Of a stretch of DNA of 60,933 bases, positions 35,999-46,767 are shown one piece after another. Under the pieces are notes generated by a model. The model searched no databases. It saw nothing but the letters and a program-made list of their open reading frames with translations, and was not told the DNA's origin. This DNA comes from Candidatus Nealsonbacteria bacterium (GTDB lineage: Bacteria; Patescibacteriota; Minisyncoccia; Minisyncoccales; PWPS01). How positions within the stretch are numbered: position 1 is the stretch's first letter; each line of letters starts with the position of its first letter. The stretch is from the NCBI GenBank assembly GCA_003554445.1, contig PWGJ01000059.1:1-60933 (forward strand). The letters run 5' to 3'. Both the position numbers and the translations under genes were made by a program.

Positions 35999-37978
35999 AT
36001 GAAATTTTCTTATAATTGGTTAAATTCATTTTTCGAAGAGGATTTACCGAAGCCGCAGAAATTAGCGGATAAATTAATGATGCGCTTTTTTGAAGTTGAA
36101 GAAGTTAAAAAAGTTGGAGATGATGCTCTTATTGATATAGATATTTTGCCCAACAGAGCTTCGGATTGTTTTTCTCATTTGGGAGTTGCTCGAGAAATTG
36201 CTGCCATTTATAATTTAAGTCTGAAAGAACCGGAAATTGAATTTAAATCCGGATCAAAAGAATTAACTGATTTTGTCGATTTAAAGATAAAAAATGAGTT
36301 GACTCCTCGCTATGTTCTCAGAGGAATTAAAGGAATAGAGATTAAAGAAACGCCCGAGTTTATAAAAAAGAGGCTTGAAGTTTGTGGATTGCAATCGATA
36401 AATAATATTGTAGATATAACCAATTACGTTATGCTTGAGATGGGTCAACCTCTTCATGCTTTTGACGGAGGAAAGGTGGGTGATTTAATTCAGGTCAGAG
36501 CTGCTAAAAAGGATGAAAAAATTATAACTCTGGATGAAGAAGAAAAAAGTCTGGATGGGTCGATCTTGGTTATTGCCGACGATAAAGAGCCGATAGGCAT
36601 AGCCGGAATAAAAGGAGGAAAGGGAACGGAGATAGATGAAAAAACGGATTTAATTTATCTGGAAGCTGCTAATTTTGACGGAAAAACGATACGAAAGGGA
36701 TCTAAAAAATTAAAGTTGCAAACGGACGCTTCGATCAGATTCTCGCATGGACTCGATCCCGAACTTGCTGAAAAAGCCTCTCGTAGGGCAATAAAGCTGA
36801 TGGAAAAATATGCAAACGGAAAGCCGCTAAAAGGATCGCTTGATCTATATCCCGATCCGGTCACACTCAAAACCATCGATCTTTCAATTAAAAAAACCGA
36901 AAGCTTATTGGGGGTTAAAATTTCTGAAGAAAAGATTATTAAAATTTTGGAAAGTCTTGGCTTTGAAGTAAAAAAAGAGAGCGATTTGGAAGTTAAAATT
37001 CCAACTGAAAGAAGAGATATCTCAATTGAAGAAGATTTGATTGAAGAAATTGGTAGGCTTTACGGATATGAAAATATAGAATCCAAAAAACCCAAAGCGG
37101 AGGTTGAAGCTACTAAAAAACCGGAAGATCTTTTCTGGGAAGACAGGTTGCGAGAAGTTTTTAAAGCTTCCGGATTTACTGAAGCCTATAATTACACATT
37201 CATAGATGAAAAAGTAAAAGAAATATTCGGTTATGATGATTTGGTTGAGATGAAAAATCCGGTCAGCGCACAATACAGATATTTACGACCCCGGTTGATA
37301 CCTCATTTGATAAAAAATATAAAAGATAATGAAAAACGGTTTGAAGATATAAAAATATTTGAAATTGGTAAAGTTTTTTCTAAAAAAGAAGAGATATCAG
37401 TCGGAGCCATTGCTTCGAATCTTAACTTCAGAGAGATGAAGGGTGTTTTAAACTCCTTATTAACCGAATTAAATATTAGTGATGTCGGATACGAGCGGAG
37501 CAGTAATAGCTGGGCCGGGGAAAAGGCAGCTAAAGTACTTGTCGGCAACCAAGAGATCGGACAGATAGGAGAGGTCTCAAAAGAACTGACTGAGAAGATG
37601 AAGCTGGAGAGCAAACCGATTGTTTTTCAGTTAAAATTGGAAAAAATTGTTAAATTGGCATCAAAGACAAAAAGATATAAAAAGTTTTCGAGATTCCCGG
37701 TCGCTATGAAGGATGTTTCCGTTTTGGTTCCGGTTAAGGTTAACTTTGAAGAAGTTTTAACCTTGGCGAACAAGGCCGCGGGAGAAGATCTGATTGAAAC
37801 GGATTTATTTGATTTATATCAAGGAGAAAAGATCCCCGAAGGAACAAAAAATTTGGGACTCAGATTCCACTTTCAAGCAGAAGATAAAACATTATCAAAA
37901 GAAGAGATAGATAAATTATTAGAAAAAATTATATCCAGTTTGGAAGCCAAGTCGGGCTGGAAAGTTAGAAAAAAGTAA
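35999..37978 (+). CDS. pheT: Phenylalanyl-tRNA synthetase beta subunit (compact, 659 aa)
   Basis: MKFSYNWLNSFF... N-terminus, B3/4 and B5 regions, and a C-terminal FDX-ACB-like end. Directly follows pheS. Confidence 0.93.
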   Translation: MKFSYNWLNSFFEEDLPKPQKLADKLMMRFFEVEEVKKVGDDALIDIDILPNRASDCFSHLGVAREIAAIYNLSLKEPEIEFKSGSKELTDFVDLKIKNELTPRYVLRGIKGIEIKETPEFIKKRLEVCGLQSINNIVDITNYVMLEMGQPLHAFDGGKVGDLIQVRAAKKDEKIITLDEEEKSLDGSILVIADDKEPIGIAGIKGGKGTEIDEKTDLIYLEAANFDGKTIRKGSKKLKLQTDASIRFSHGLDPELAEKASRRAIKLMEKYANGKPLKGSLDLYPDPVTLKTIDLSIKKTESLLGVKISEEKIIKILESLGFEVKKESDLEVKIPTERRDISIEEDLIEEIGRLYGYENIESKKPKAEVEATKKPEDLFWEDRLREVFKASGFTEAYNYTFIDEKVKEIFGYDDLVEMKNPVSAQYRYLRPRLIPHLIKNIKDNEKRFEDIKIFEIGKVFSKKEEISVGAIASNLNFREMKGVLNSLLTELNISDVGYERSSNSWAGEKAAKVLVGNQEIGQIGEVSKELTEKMKLESKPIVFQLKLEKIVKLASKTKRYKKFSRFPVAMKDVSVLVPVKVNFEEVLTLANKAAGEDLIETDLFDLYQGEKIPEGTKNLGLRFHFQAEDKTLSKEEIDKLLEKIISSLEAKSGWKVRKK

Positions 37979-39907
<1,929 letters not shown>

Positions 39908-39914
39908 ATCTTTC

Positions 39915-39943
39915 TTGATTTATTATTAACCTTGGTGTATAAT
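39915..39943 (+). promoter_or_regulatory. Putative promoter for secE-nusG-rplK
   Basis: TTGATT (39915-39920), 17-nt spacer, TATAAT (39938-39943). Confidence 0.5.
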
Positions 39944-39991
39944 CCAGGCGAAGGCCTGAAACGAGGCTTTTTTAAATAGAAAATTAGATTT

Positions 39992-40180
39992 ATGAAAACA
40001 AAAAAAGTTAAAAATTTTTTTCAGGAAGTAAAAACGGAAATGAAGAAAGTCAATTGGCCCACCAAGGACGAAACAATTAAGTATACGATGGTGGTAATTT
40101 TTGCTACGATTGCCGTGGCTGCTTATTTGGGAGCTTTGGACGCTCTTCTTTTCAGAGTTTTAGATACATTTGTGCTTTAA
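39992..40180 (+). CDS. secE: Preprotein translocase subunit SecE
   Basis: 62 aa with a single C-terminal TM and VKTEMKKVNWPTKDE. Canonical position before nusG. Confidence 0.88.
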   Translation: MKTKKVKNFFQEVKTEMKKVNWPTKDETIKYTMVVIFATIAVAAYLGALDALLFRVLDTFVL

Positions 40181-40183
40181 AAT

Positions 40184-40729
40184 ATGGCAAAACAAAAATT
40201 AAAAAAAGAAAAAAACTGGTATGTAATTCACACCTATTCGGGTTATGAAGAGGCTGTGGCTAGCAATTTAAGACAAAGAATAGAAACGATGGGAATGGAA
40301 GATAAGATCTTTAATGTAATCGTTCCCAAGGAAAAGAAGATTAAAATTAAAGACGGTCAAAGAAAAGAAGTTGAAGAAAAGATATATCCCGGGTATGTAT
40401 TGGTAGAAATGATAGTAACCGACGAGTCCTGGTATGTAGTCAGAAATACTCCGAATGTAAGTGGTTTTGTCGGCTCGGGCACAACTCCGATCCCAATGAG
40501 TGATGAAGAGGTGGAGATTTTAAAAAATAGAATGGGTAAAGATACACCGAAACATGAAATTGATGTGGAAGTGGGAGACAGTGTAAAGATAACTGACGGA
40601 CCGTTTAAGGATTATGATGGGAAAGTTTCCGAAGTTGATCGGGAGAGAGGAAAGATAAAAGTTTTGGTAAATATGTTCGGTAGAGATACTTCGGTAGAAT
40701 TAGATTCGTTACAAGTTGAGAAAATATAA
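40184..40729 (+). CDS. nusG: Transcription termination/antitermination factor NusG
   Basis: 181 aa with an NGN domain (NWYVIHTYSGYE) and a KOW motif (GDSVKITDGPFKDYDGKV). Confidence 0.95.
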   Translation: MAKQKLKKEKNWYVIHTYSGYEEAVASNLRQRIETMGMEDKIFNVIVPKEKKIKIKDGQRKEVEEKIYPGYVLVEMIVTDESWYVVRNTPNVSGFVGSGTTPIPMSDEEVEILKNRMGKDTPKHEIDVEVGDSVKITDGPFKDYDGKVSEVDRERGKIKVLVNMFGRDTSVELDSLQVEKI

Positions 40730-40741
40730 CTGCTTAAAATT

Positions 40742-41167
40742 ATGGCTAAAAAGAAAAAAACAATAGTTAAATTACAGATTAAAGCTGGTCAAGCCAGTCC
40801 GGCTCCTCCTATCGGGCCGATGCTTGCACAGCATGGAATTAATATGCAAGAATTTTGTCAAGACTTCAATGACAGAACTTCCGATAGGGGTGATGATGTA
40901 GTTCCCGTAGAAATATCGGTTTACCAAGACGGTAGTTATGATTTTATTTTGAAAGAACCCCCAGCTTCCCAGCTCATAAAAAGAGAAGTCGGAATTGAAA
41001 AAGGATCAGGGGAGCCCAATAAAAATAAGATAGGTGAGATAACTCGTGAACAATTGGAAGCTGTAGCGAAAAAGAAGATGCCTGATCTTAATACTGATGA
41101 CTTGGATGCAGCTGTTGAAATCATTAAGGGAACTGCAAAAAATATGGGGTTAAGGATAAAGAAATAA
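40742..41167 (+). CDS. rplK: 50S ribosomal protein L11
   Basis: 141 aa, [26 protein letters not shown]... Confidence 0.96.
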   Translation: MAKKKKTIVKLQIKAGQASPAPPIGPMLAQHGINMQEFCQDFNDRTSDRGDDVVPVEISVYQDGSYDFILKEPPASQLIKREVGIEKGSGEPNKNKIGEITREQLEAVAKKKMPDLNTDDLDAAVEIIKGTAKNMGLRIKK

Positions 41168-41170
41168 TAA

Positions 41171-41644
41171 ATGGATCGAATATCCTTAGATGAATATTTT
41201 CTTAAAATTGCCGCCGTTGTTGCTGAAAGATCAACTTGTCGGCGTCACCATGTAGGAGCGGTAGCGGTCCGGGATAAGAGAATTTTAACGACCGGATATA
41301 ACGGAGCCCCTTCGGGAGCGGATGACTGTTTACAACTGGGCTGTTTAAGGGATGAAAAAGAGATTCCATCCGGAACACGTCACGAAATTTGTAGAGCGAT
41401 ACATGCGGAACAAAATGCGATAATACAAGGATCCCTCCATGGCGTTAGTCTGGAGGGTTCTACTATTTATTGCACTCACACACCTTGTGTTTTATGCGCT
41501 AAAATGTTAGTGAATGCAAAAATTAAAAAATTTGTCAGCTACAGTGATTATGCGGACGATTCTTTTATGAAACTTTTTAAAGAGGCAGGTATCGAGTTCG
41601 TAAAAAAAGAGAGACCCTCTTCGGAGATAACTTTTTTGGACTAA
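41171..41644 (+). CDS. dCMP deaminase (ComEB/cytidylate deaminase family)
   Basis: 157 aa with zinc motifs HAEQNAI and PCVLCAKML. Confidence 0.88.
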   Translation: MDRISLDEYFLKIAAVVAERSTCRRHHVGAVAVRDKRILTTGYNGAPSGADDCLQLGCLRDEKEIPSGTRHEICRAIHAEQNAIIQGSLHGVSLEGSTIYCTHTPCVLCAKMLVNAKIKKFVSYSDYADDSFMKLFKEAGIEFVKKERPSSEITFLD

Positions 41645-41645
41645 G

Positions 41646-42194
41646 ATGAAAAAAATTTTAGGAATTTTAGGAAAGCCGGGTGCCGGAAAAGACACCTTTT
41701 GTGATCTTTTCAAAAAGAACCATGAATCCGTGGAAATTTTTAAATTTTCGGACCCTCTTTCGGATGTATTGAAGATATTTTTTGATGAAGTTACAAGAGA
41801 AGATCAGCAATGGCTGGTTAACAATCTCAGAGACCGATTCGGGAAAGATATATTAGCAAAAGCAATTGAAAAAAAGATTTTAAAATCGGATTCCGATTTC
41901 ATTCTTTTAAACGGAGTAAGGCTTTTTGAAGATGAAGAGATGGTAAAAAGGTTGGGTGGTGATATAGTTTATATTGAGACTCGACCAAAGTTAAGGTGGA
42001 AGCGAATGAAAAAAAGAGGAGAAAAGGCGGATGATGACGTTTCATTTGAGAAATTTTTGAAATTGGATAAGGGTAGATCCGAAAAGGATATTGAAGAGAT
42101 AGGAAAAAGATCCAAATTTAAAGTGGATAATAACAAATCAGAAAAAGAACTTGAAAAACAAGTTAAAAGATTAATTCAAGAGTTAAATGAGTGA
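41646..42194 (+). CDS. P-loop nucleotide kinase of unclear specificity (possibly dNMP kinase-like)
   Basis: 182 aa with Walker A GKPGAGKDT. The layout resembles phage-type dNMP kinases as recalled from memory. It is embedded between dCMP deaminase and tmk. Confidence 0.45.
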   Translation: MKKILGILGKPGAGKDTFCDLFKKNHESVEIFKFSDPLSDVLKIFFDEVTREDQQWLVNNLRDRFGKDILAKAIEKKILKSDSDFILLNGVRLFEDEEMVKRLGGDIVYIETRPKLRWKRMKKRGEKADDDVSFEKFLKLDKGRSEKDIEEIGKRSKFKVDNNKSEKELEKQVKRLIQELNE

Positions 42195-42825
42195 TAAATT
42201 CATAGTAATAGAAGGAATAGACGGTTCCGGAAAAGAGACTCAAACTAAGCTTTTAATAAAAGCTTTAAAAAATAAGGGCGAAAAGGTTAAATTTATCAGC
42301 TTTCCTCAATACGAAGAAAAATCTTCCGGACTGGTAAAGGAATATTTATCGGGAAAGTACGGAAGCTCCAAAGAAGTCGGCGCTAAGATAGCTTCGGTTT
42401 TTTTTGCTTGTGATAGATATGATGGCTCTTTCAAGATCAAAAAATGGTTATCCGAAAACAGCTTTGTTATAGCTGATCGATATACGACCTCCAATATGCA
42501 TCAGGCCGGAAAGATAGAAGATAAAAAGGAGAGAGATAAGTTTATTAATTGGCTTTTCGAATTGGAATTTGATTTTTTTGGAATTCCCAAGCCGGATAAG
42601 GTGATATATCTAAAAGTATCTCCGGAATTTGCGATGAAATCCCTCAAGGATAAGGAAAATAAGGATATTCACGAAACCGACATTAATCATCTACAAGGTG
42701 CTCATAATGCTTATATGGAACTTGCGAGTAAAGAGGATAATTTTGAAATTATCGAAGTAACCGAAAATGATGAATTTTTGCCTCCGGAAAAAATTAATAA
42801 AAAGATATTAAGTACTTTATTTTAA
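42187..42825 (+). CDS. tmk: Thymidylate kinase
   Basis: 212 aa with [14 protein letters not shown] and DRY-like ADRYTTS motifs. Confidence 0.92.
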   Translation: MSDKFIVIEGIDGSGKETQTKLLIKALKNKGEKVKFISFPQYEEKSSGLVKEYLSGKYGSSKEVGAKIASVFFACDRYDGSFKIKKWLSENSFVIADRYTTSNMHQAGKIEDKKERDKFINWLFELEFDFFGIPKPDKVIYLKVSPEFAMKSLKDKENKDIHETDINHLQGAHNAYMELASKEDNFEIIEVTENDEFLPPEKINKKILSTLF

Positions 42826-42826
42826 T

Positions 42827-43648
42827 ATGAAAAAATATTTATCTCTATTGGAAAAGGTGCTGGAGGAAGGTGCGGACAAACAAGATAGAACCGGAGTCGG
42901 AACCCGTTCTCTTTTCGGACTTCAGTCCAGATATGATCTTTCCGAAGGATTTCCCGCGGTTACGACTAAAAAGCTATTTTTTAATTCGGTAAAAGCCGAA
43001 CTTTTGTGGTTTATATCCGGCAGCAGAGACATAAAGGATTTGCATGAAATGAATTGTCATATATGGGATGCTAATGTCGATGCTGATTATTGGAAAGAAA
43101 AAAGAGAGTATAAAACCGATGCCGGTAGAGTTTACGGAGTTCAATGGAGAGATTGGCGAAATCCCGAAGGTGATTCCGTAGACCAGCTGGAAAAAGCTAT
43201 TGAAAAGCTTAAAAACAACCCTAACAGCAGAAGAAATATAGTTTCCGCCTGGAATCCGGGTGAGCTTGATAGAATGGTGCTACCGCCTTGCCACGCATTT
43301 TTCCAATTTTATGTTTCTGAAGACAAGCTTTCTTTACAGATGTATCAAAGAAGTTGTGATATGTTTTTGGGAGTTCCTTTCAACATAGCTTCTTACAGCC
43401 TTCTTTTGGAGATGGTTGCGCAAGTTACCGGCTATCAACCGGGAGAGTTTATTCACGTAATGGGGGATGCTCATATTTACAAGAATCATTTTGAACAAGT
43501 AAAGGAACAACTCTCCAGAGAGCCTAAAAAATTACCGGAATTAAAGCTGAATAAAGATATTAAAAAGATAGATGATTTTGAAATGGAGGATATAAAGCTA
43601 GCAGACTATGACCACCATCCGGCGATAAGGGCAAAAATGGCAGTCTAA
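42827..43648 (+). CDS. thyA: Thymidylate synthase (ThyA type)
   Basis: 273 aa with [11 protein letters not shown], catalytic Cys in [12 protein letters not shown], and the C-terminal ...IRAKMAV. Confidence 0.96.
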   Translation: MKKYLSLLEKVLEEGADKQDRTGVGTRSLFGLQSRYDLSEGFPAVTTKKLFFNSVKAELLWFISGSRDIKDLHEMNCHIWDANVDADYWKEKREYKTDAGRVYGVQWRDWRNPEGDSVDQLEKAIEKLKNNPNSRRNIVSAWNPGELDRMVLPPCHAFFQFYVSEDKLSLQMYQRSCDMFLGVPFNIASYSLLLEMVAQVTGYQPGEFIHVMGDAHIYKNHFEQVKEQLSREPKKLPELKLNKDIKKIDDFEMEDIKLADYDHHPAIRAKMAV

Positions 43649-43652
43649 CCAA

Positions 43653-43685
43653 CCTATTTTGCAGCCCCCGGCGCTGCAAAATAGG
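43653..43685. repeat. Perfect 13-bp inverted repeat between thyA and folA
   Basis: CCTATTTTGCAGC (43653-43665) and GCTGCAAAATAGG (43673-43685), with a 7-nt loop CCCCGGC. No adjacent T-run. Confidence 0.9.
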
Positions 43686-43695
43686 GGTAAATACG

Positions 43696-44172
43696 ATGGA
43701 GATAATTATAATAGTTGCCAAAAGCAAAAATAATGTCATAGGCAAATGCGGAAAGCTCCCCTGGAATTTTCCTGAGGATCTGAAACATTTCCGGGAGACA
43801 ACGATGGGTAATTTTGTTATAATGGGCAAGAAAACATTTCTTTCTCTTCCGGGGAAACTTGATGGTAGAAAAGTGATAGTTCTTTCTAGAGACAAAAATT
43901 TTAATCCTAGAGATGCTAAAGTAGCCAACTCTATAGAAGAGGCTATAAATATCGCAGAGGGGAAAGTGTTTGTTGCCGGAGGAGAGAGTGTCTATCATCA
44001 GTTTTTATCGAAAGCGGATAAGATGATCATAACGGTTATCGATAAAAATTTTGAAGGAGATGCCCACTTTCCCGAATTTGATAAAGACAAGTGGAGACTT
44101 GTAAGTGAAAAAAAAGCTAAAAATAAATTATTAATTTTTAAAAAATATAAAAAAGATGAAAAATATTCTTAA
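43696..44172 (+). CDS. folA: Dihydrofolate reductase
   Basis: 158 aa with IIVAKSKNNVIGKCGKLPW and VIMGKKTF motifs. Confidence 0.92.
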   Translation: MEIIIIVAKSKNNVIGKCGKLPWNFPEDLKHFRETTMGNFVIMGKKTFLSLPGKLDGRKVIVLSRDKNFNPRDAKVANSIEEAINIAEGKVFVAGGESVYHQFLSKADKMIITVIDKNFEGDAHFPEFDKDKWRLVSEKKAKNKLLIFKKYKKDEKYS

Positions 44173-44821
44173 GACGATTGATCATACCAATATAGATCCG
44201 GAAGCTACCGAAGCCGATATTATTAAAACTTGCAACGAGGCTAAGGAATACGGCTTTCGAGGGGTGGATGTTAATCCTGAATGGGTCTCTTTAGTGGCTG
44301 AGGAGCTGGAAGAGACCGATATGAAGGTCATCGTACTCATTGATCCACCTATGGGTCTTAGCAGTCACAAAGAGCGAATGGATGCTTGTAGACGAGCGGT
44401 AAAAGATGGAGTTGATGAGCTGGATGTGGTTATGAATATAATTGATCTAAAATATGAAAAGTATGATTCGGTTTTGGATGATTTATCCGAGATCGCCGAG
44501 CTGGCGGATACCAAGGTTATTATCGGATCCGGATTTTTAACTGATGATGAAATAAAAAAAGCCTCTGAATTGGTTCAGGAAGCGGGAGCTATTTGTGTAA
44601 AAACAGCTACAAATAAAGATCCTCTGGAAAGAAGACAGTTAGAGGAAAAAGCCAAACACGTTAAGATGATGAGTGAAGCGGCTCCCGACTTGCTTGTTAA
44701 GGCTTCGGCTAAAATAAGAACTTTGGAAGACGCTAAAATGATGATAGAAAACGGAGCTGATATTATTGGAACGAGTTCCGGGGTTGAAATAGCAAAGGAG
44801 CTAAAAGATATGGAAGAGTAA
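44156..44821 (+). CDS. deoC: Deoxyribose-phosphate aldolase
   Basis: 221 aa. DERA pattern: IDHTNIDPEATE, DVVMNI, Schiff-base Lys context CVKTAT, VKASAKIRT, IGTSSG. Confidence 0.85.
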   Translation: MKNILKTIDHTNIDPEATEADIIKTCNEAKEYGFRGVDVNPEWVSLVAEELEETDMKVIVLIDPPMGLSSHKERMDACRRAVKDGVDELDVVMNIIDLKYEKYDSVLDDLSEIAELADTKVIIGSGFLTDDEIKKASELVQEAGAICVKTATNKDPLERRQLEEKAKHVKMMSEAAPDLLVKASAKIRTLEDAKMMIENGADIIGTSSGVEIAKELKDMEE

Positions 44822-44830
44822 TACAAAAAT

Positions 44831-46279
44831 ATGCTTAAACCAACAATAGGACTTGAAATTCATGCCCAAGTTAAAACAAAGGCAAAGATGTTTTGCTCTT
44901 GTAGTAACTTGTCAAAAAAAGCAGATGCAAACACCAAAGTCTGTCCGGTTTGTTTGGGTTATCCGGGAGCTTTGCCAACAATTAATAAAAAAGCGGTAAA
45001 AAAAGTTATAAGGGCTGGAAAAGCTCTCGATTGTGATATAGCTGATTTTTCGAGATTTGACCGAAAAAATTATTTTTATCCCGATTTACCCAAAGGTTAT
45101 CAAATATCTCAATTGAATTATCCATTATGTGAAAATGGAAAACTGGTTATCAACGGAAAAGAGATCGGGATTACCAGAATTCATTTGGAAGAAGATACCG
45201 GAAGCTTGATTCATGAAGACGGAGTTTCTTTAGTTGATTTTAATCGGTCCGGTGTGCCGCTTATGGAGTTGGTTACGGAACCGGATATAAAATCCGGAAA
45301 ACAGGCGAGAGATTTTGCTGAAGAGTTAAGGTTGATTTTGAGATACTTGGAAGTGTCCGATGCCGATATGGAAAAAGGCCAAATGAGAGTTGAGGTGAAC
45401 ATATCTCTTTCTGAAGAATCTGAAAAACTAGGTACTAAAGTTGAGATCAAGAACCTGAATTCTTTTAAAGTTGTTGAACAAGCGGTTGATTATGAGATAA
45501 AAAGGCAGAAGAAACTAATTAATTCCGGAAAAAAGGTAAAGCAAGAGACTAGAGGGTGGAGAGAAGACAGTCAAAAAACCGTCTCCCAAAGAGCTAAAGA
45601 AGAAGCACATGACTATCGTTATTTTCCCGAACCCGATTTACCACCTTTGGATTTAAATGAAGAACCACTTAAAAAAGATAAAATTACGTTGGGTAGCGAA
45701 CTTCCTCAAAACAGAAGAGAGAGATTTAAAGAGGAATATGGTTTGGATGAGGAGCTCTTTGTAGTTGATAAGGCACTAGGGGATTACACTGAGAAAGTGA
45801 TAAGTGAAGGGCTTAATTGGTTAAAAAATAAAAAAGACAAAGTGACGAAAGAAGAAGAGCTTGAGTTTATCTCACTTTGCTCAAACTATATTCTTTCTGA
45901 TTTGCAAGGATTACTTGACGGGTCATCGGTTGTTGATGATGACTTTAAGATAACTCCGGAAAATTTTGGAGAATTGATTACTTTGGTTTTTATTGATGAA
46001 ATTTCCAGTAAAATAGCCAAAAAAGTTTTAAAAGAGATGTTTAAAACCGGAGGAGATCCGAGTCAGATAATAAAAGAAAAGGATTTGGCGCAGGTTAAAG
46101 ATGAAAGCAAATTAAAAGGAATCATTGAAGAAGTTCTTAAAGAAAACGAATCTGCTGTTGAGGACTTAAAGTCCGGAAAAAGTGAAGCAAAACAATTTTT
46201 AGTCGGACAAGTAATGGCTAAAACCAGAGGAAAGGCTGACCCGAAAGCGGTTAACCGAATTCTTGAAGAAAGGTTTTAA
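44831..46279 (+). CDS. gatB: Glu/Asp-tRNA amidotransferase subunit B
   Basis: 482 aa with IGLEIHAQV, CPVCLGYPGALP, a GatB/YqeY C-terminal domain, and QFLVGQVMAKTRGKADPK. Confidence 0.96.
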   Translation: MLKPTIGLEIHAQVKTKAKMFCSCSNLSKKADANTKVCPVCLGYPGALPTINKKAVKKVIRAGKALDCDIADFSRFDRKNYFYPDLPKGYQISQLNYPLCENGKLVINGKEIGITRIHLEEDTGSLIHEDGVSLVDFNRSGVPLMELVTEPDIKSGKQARDFAEELRLILRYLEVSDADMEKGQMRVEVNISLSEESEKLGTKVEIKNLNSFKVVEQAVDYEIKRQKKLINSGKKVKQETRGWREDSQKTVSQRAKEEAHDYRYFPEPDLPPLDLNEEPLKKDKITLGSELPQNRRERFKEEYGLDEELFVVDKALGDYTEKVISEGLNWLKNKKDKVTKEEELEFISLCSNYILSDLQGLLDGSSVVDDDFKITPENFGELITLVFIDEISSKIAKKVLKEMFKTGGDPSQIIKEKDLAQVKDESKLKGIIEEVLKENESAVEDLKSGKSEAKQFLVGQVMAKTRGKADPKAVNRILEERF

Positions 46280-46307
46280 TTGACAATAATTAAATTAAGT
46301 TTATAAT
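46280..46307 (+). promoter_or_regulatory. Near-consensus promoter directly after the gatB stop
   Basis: TTGACA (46280-46285), 16-nt spacer, TATAAT (46302-46307). Confidence 0.55.
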
Positions 46308-46331
46308 AAAGCCACCAAGGAGGTGGCTTTT

Positions 46332-46613
46332 ATGGATGAAAAGTTATTTAAAGAGCTGAAAGAAAAAGGAGAGATAGGTTATAATGAAATCAGTTTAAAG
46401 CAATTTGTAGCTCTTTCTGAGTTTTTTAACATTCATTGCGATGGAGACAGTACCAAATGTATTTTAAAAAATATAGATGAGCCGGTTGAGGATGATTTGA
46501 AAATTAAAGGAGGTGAAAAACTTAGCTTTAAAGAAAAGGAGGAACTTAAAAGATACTTTAAAGAGGTGATGGGGATAAGAAAGGGAGTGATAACTATCAA
46601 GGAAGTGCAGTAG
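46332..46613 (+). CDS. Hypothetical small acidic protein (93 aa)
   Basis: The ATG at 46332 lies 8 nt after the AAGGAGGTG SD. It has its own promoter and terminator. No family recognised. Confidence 0.65.
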   Translation: MDEKLFKELKEKGEIGYNEISLKQFVALSEFFNIHCDGDSTKCILKNIDEPVEDDLKIKGGEKLSFKEKEELKRYFKEVMGIRKGVITIKEVQ

Positions 46614-46635
46614 CTAAAAATTTAAAAATATCAAG

Positions 46636-46665
46636 AGCCCGCCCTCAAAAGGCGGGTTATTTATT
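46636..46665 (+). terminator. Intrinsic terminator
   Basis: CCCGCC (46638-46643) pairs with GGCGGG (46651-46656), followed by TTATTTATTT. Confidence 0.75.
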
Positions 46666-46692
46666 TGACATTTTTAAAATAAATGTTATAAA
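46665..46692 (+). promoter_or_regulatory. Near-consensus extended -10 promoter
   Basis: TTGACA (46665-46670), 16-nt spacer ending in TGT, TATAAA (46687-46692). Confidence 0.55.
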
Positions 46693-46767
46693 TTACAACA
46701 AAAGAACTTTAACAATGGAAGGTAAGCTATTTGCTTTTTCAAGAACTGAAAGAAAGGAGGAAAAATA

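Noticed and set aside
39944-39991. An attenuator in the secE leader (CAGGC-GAAG-GCCTG hairpin versus GCCT/AGGC plus a T6 run).
   Set aside because: The putative terminator stem is only 4 bp, which is too weak to call from sequence alone.
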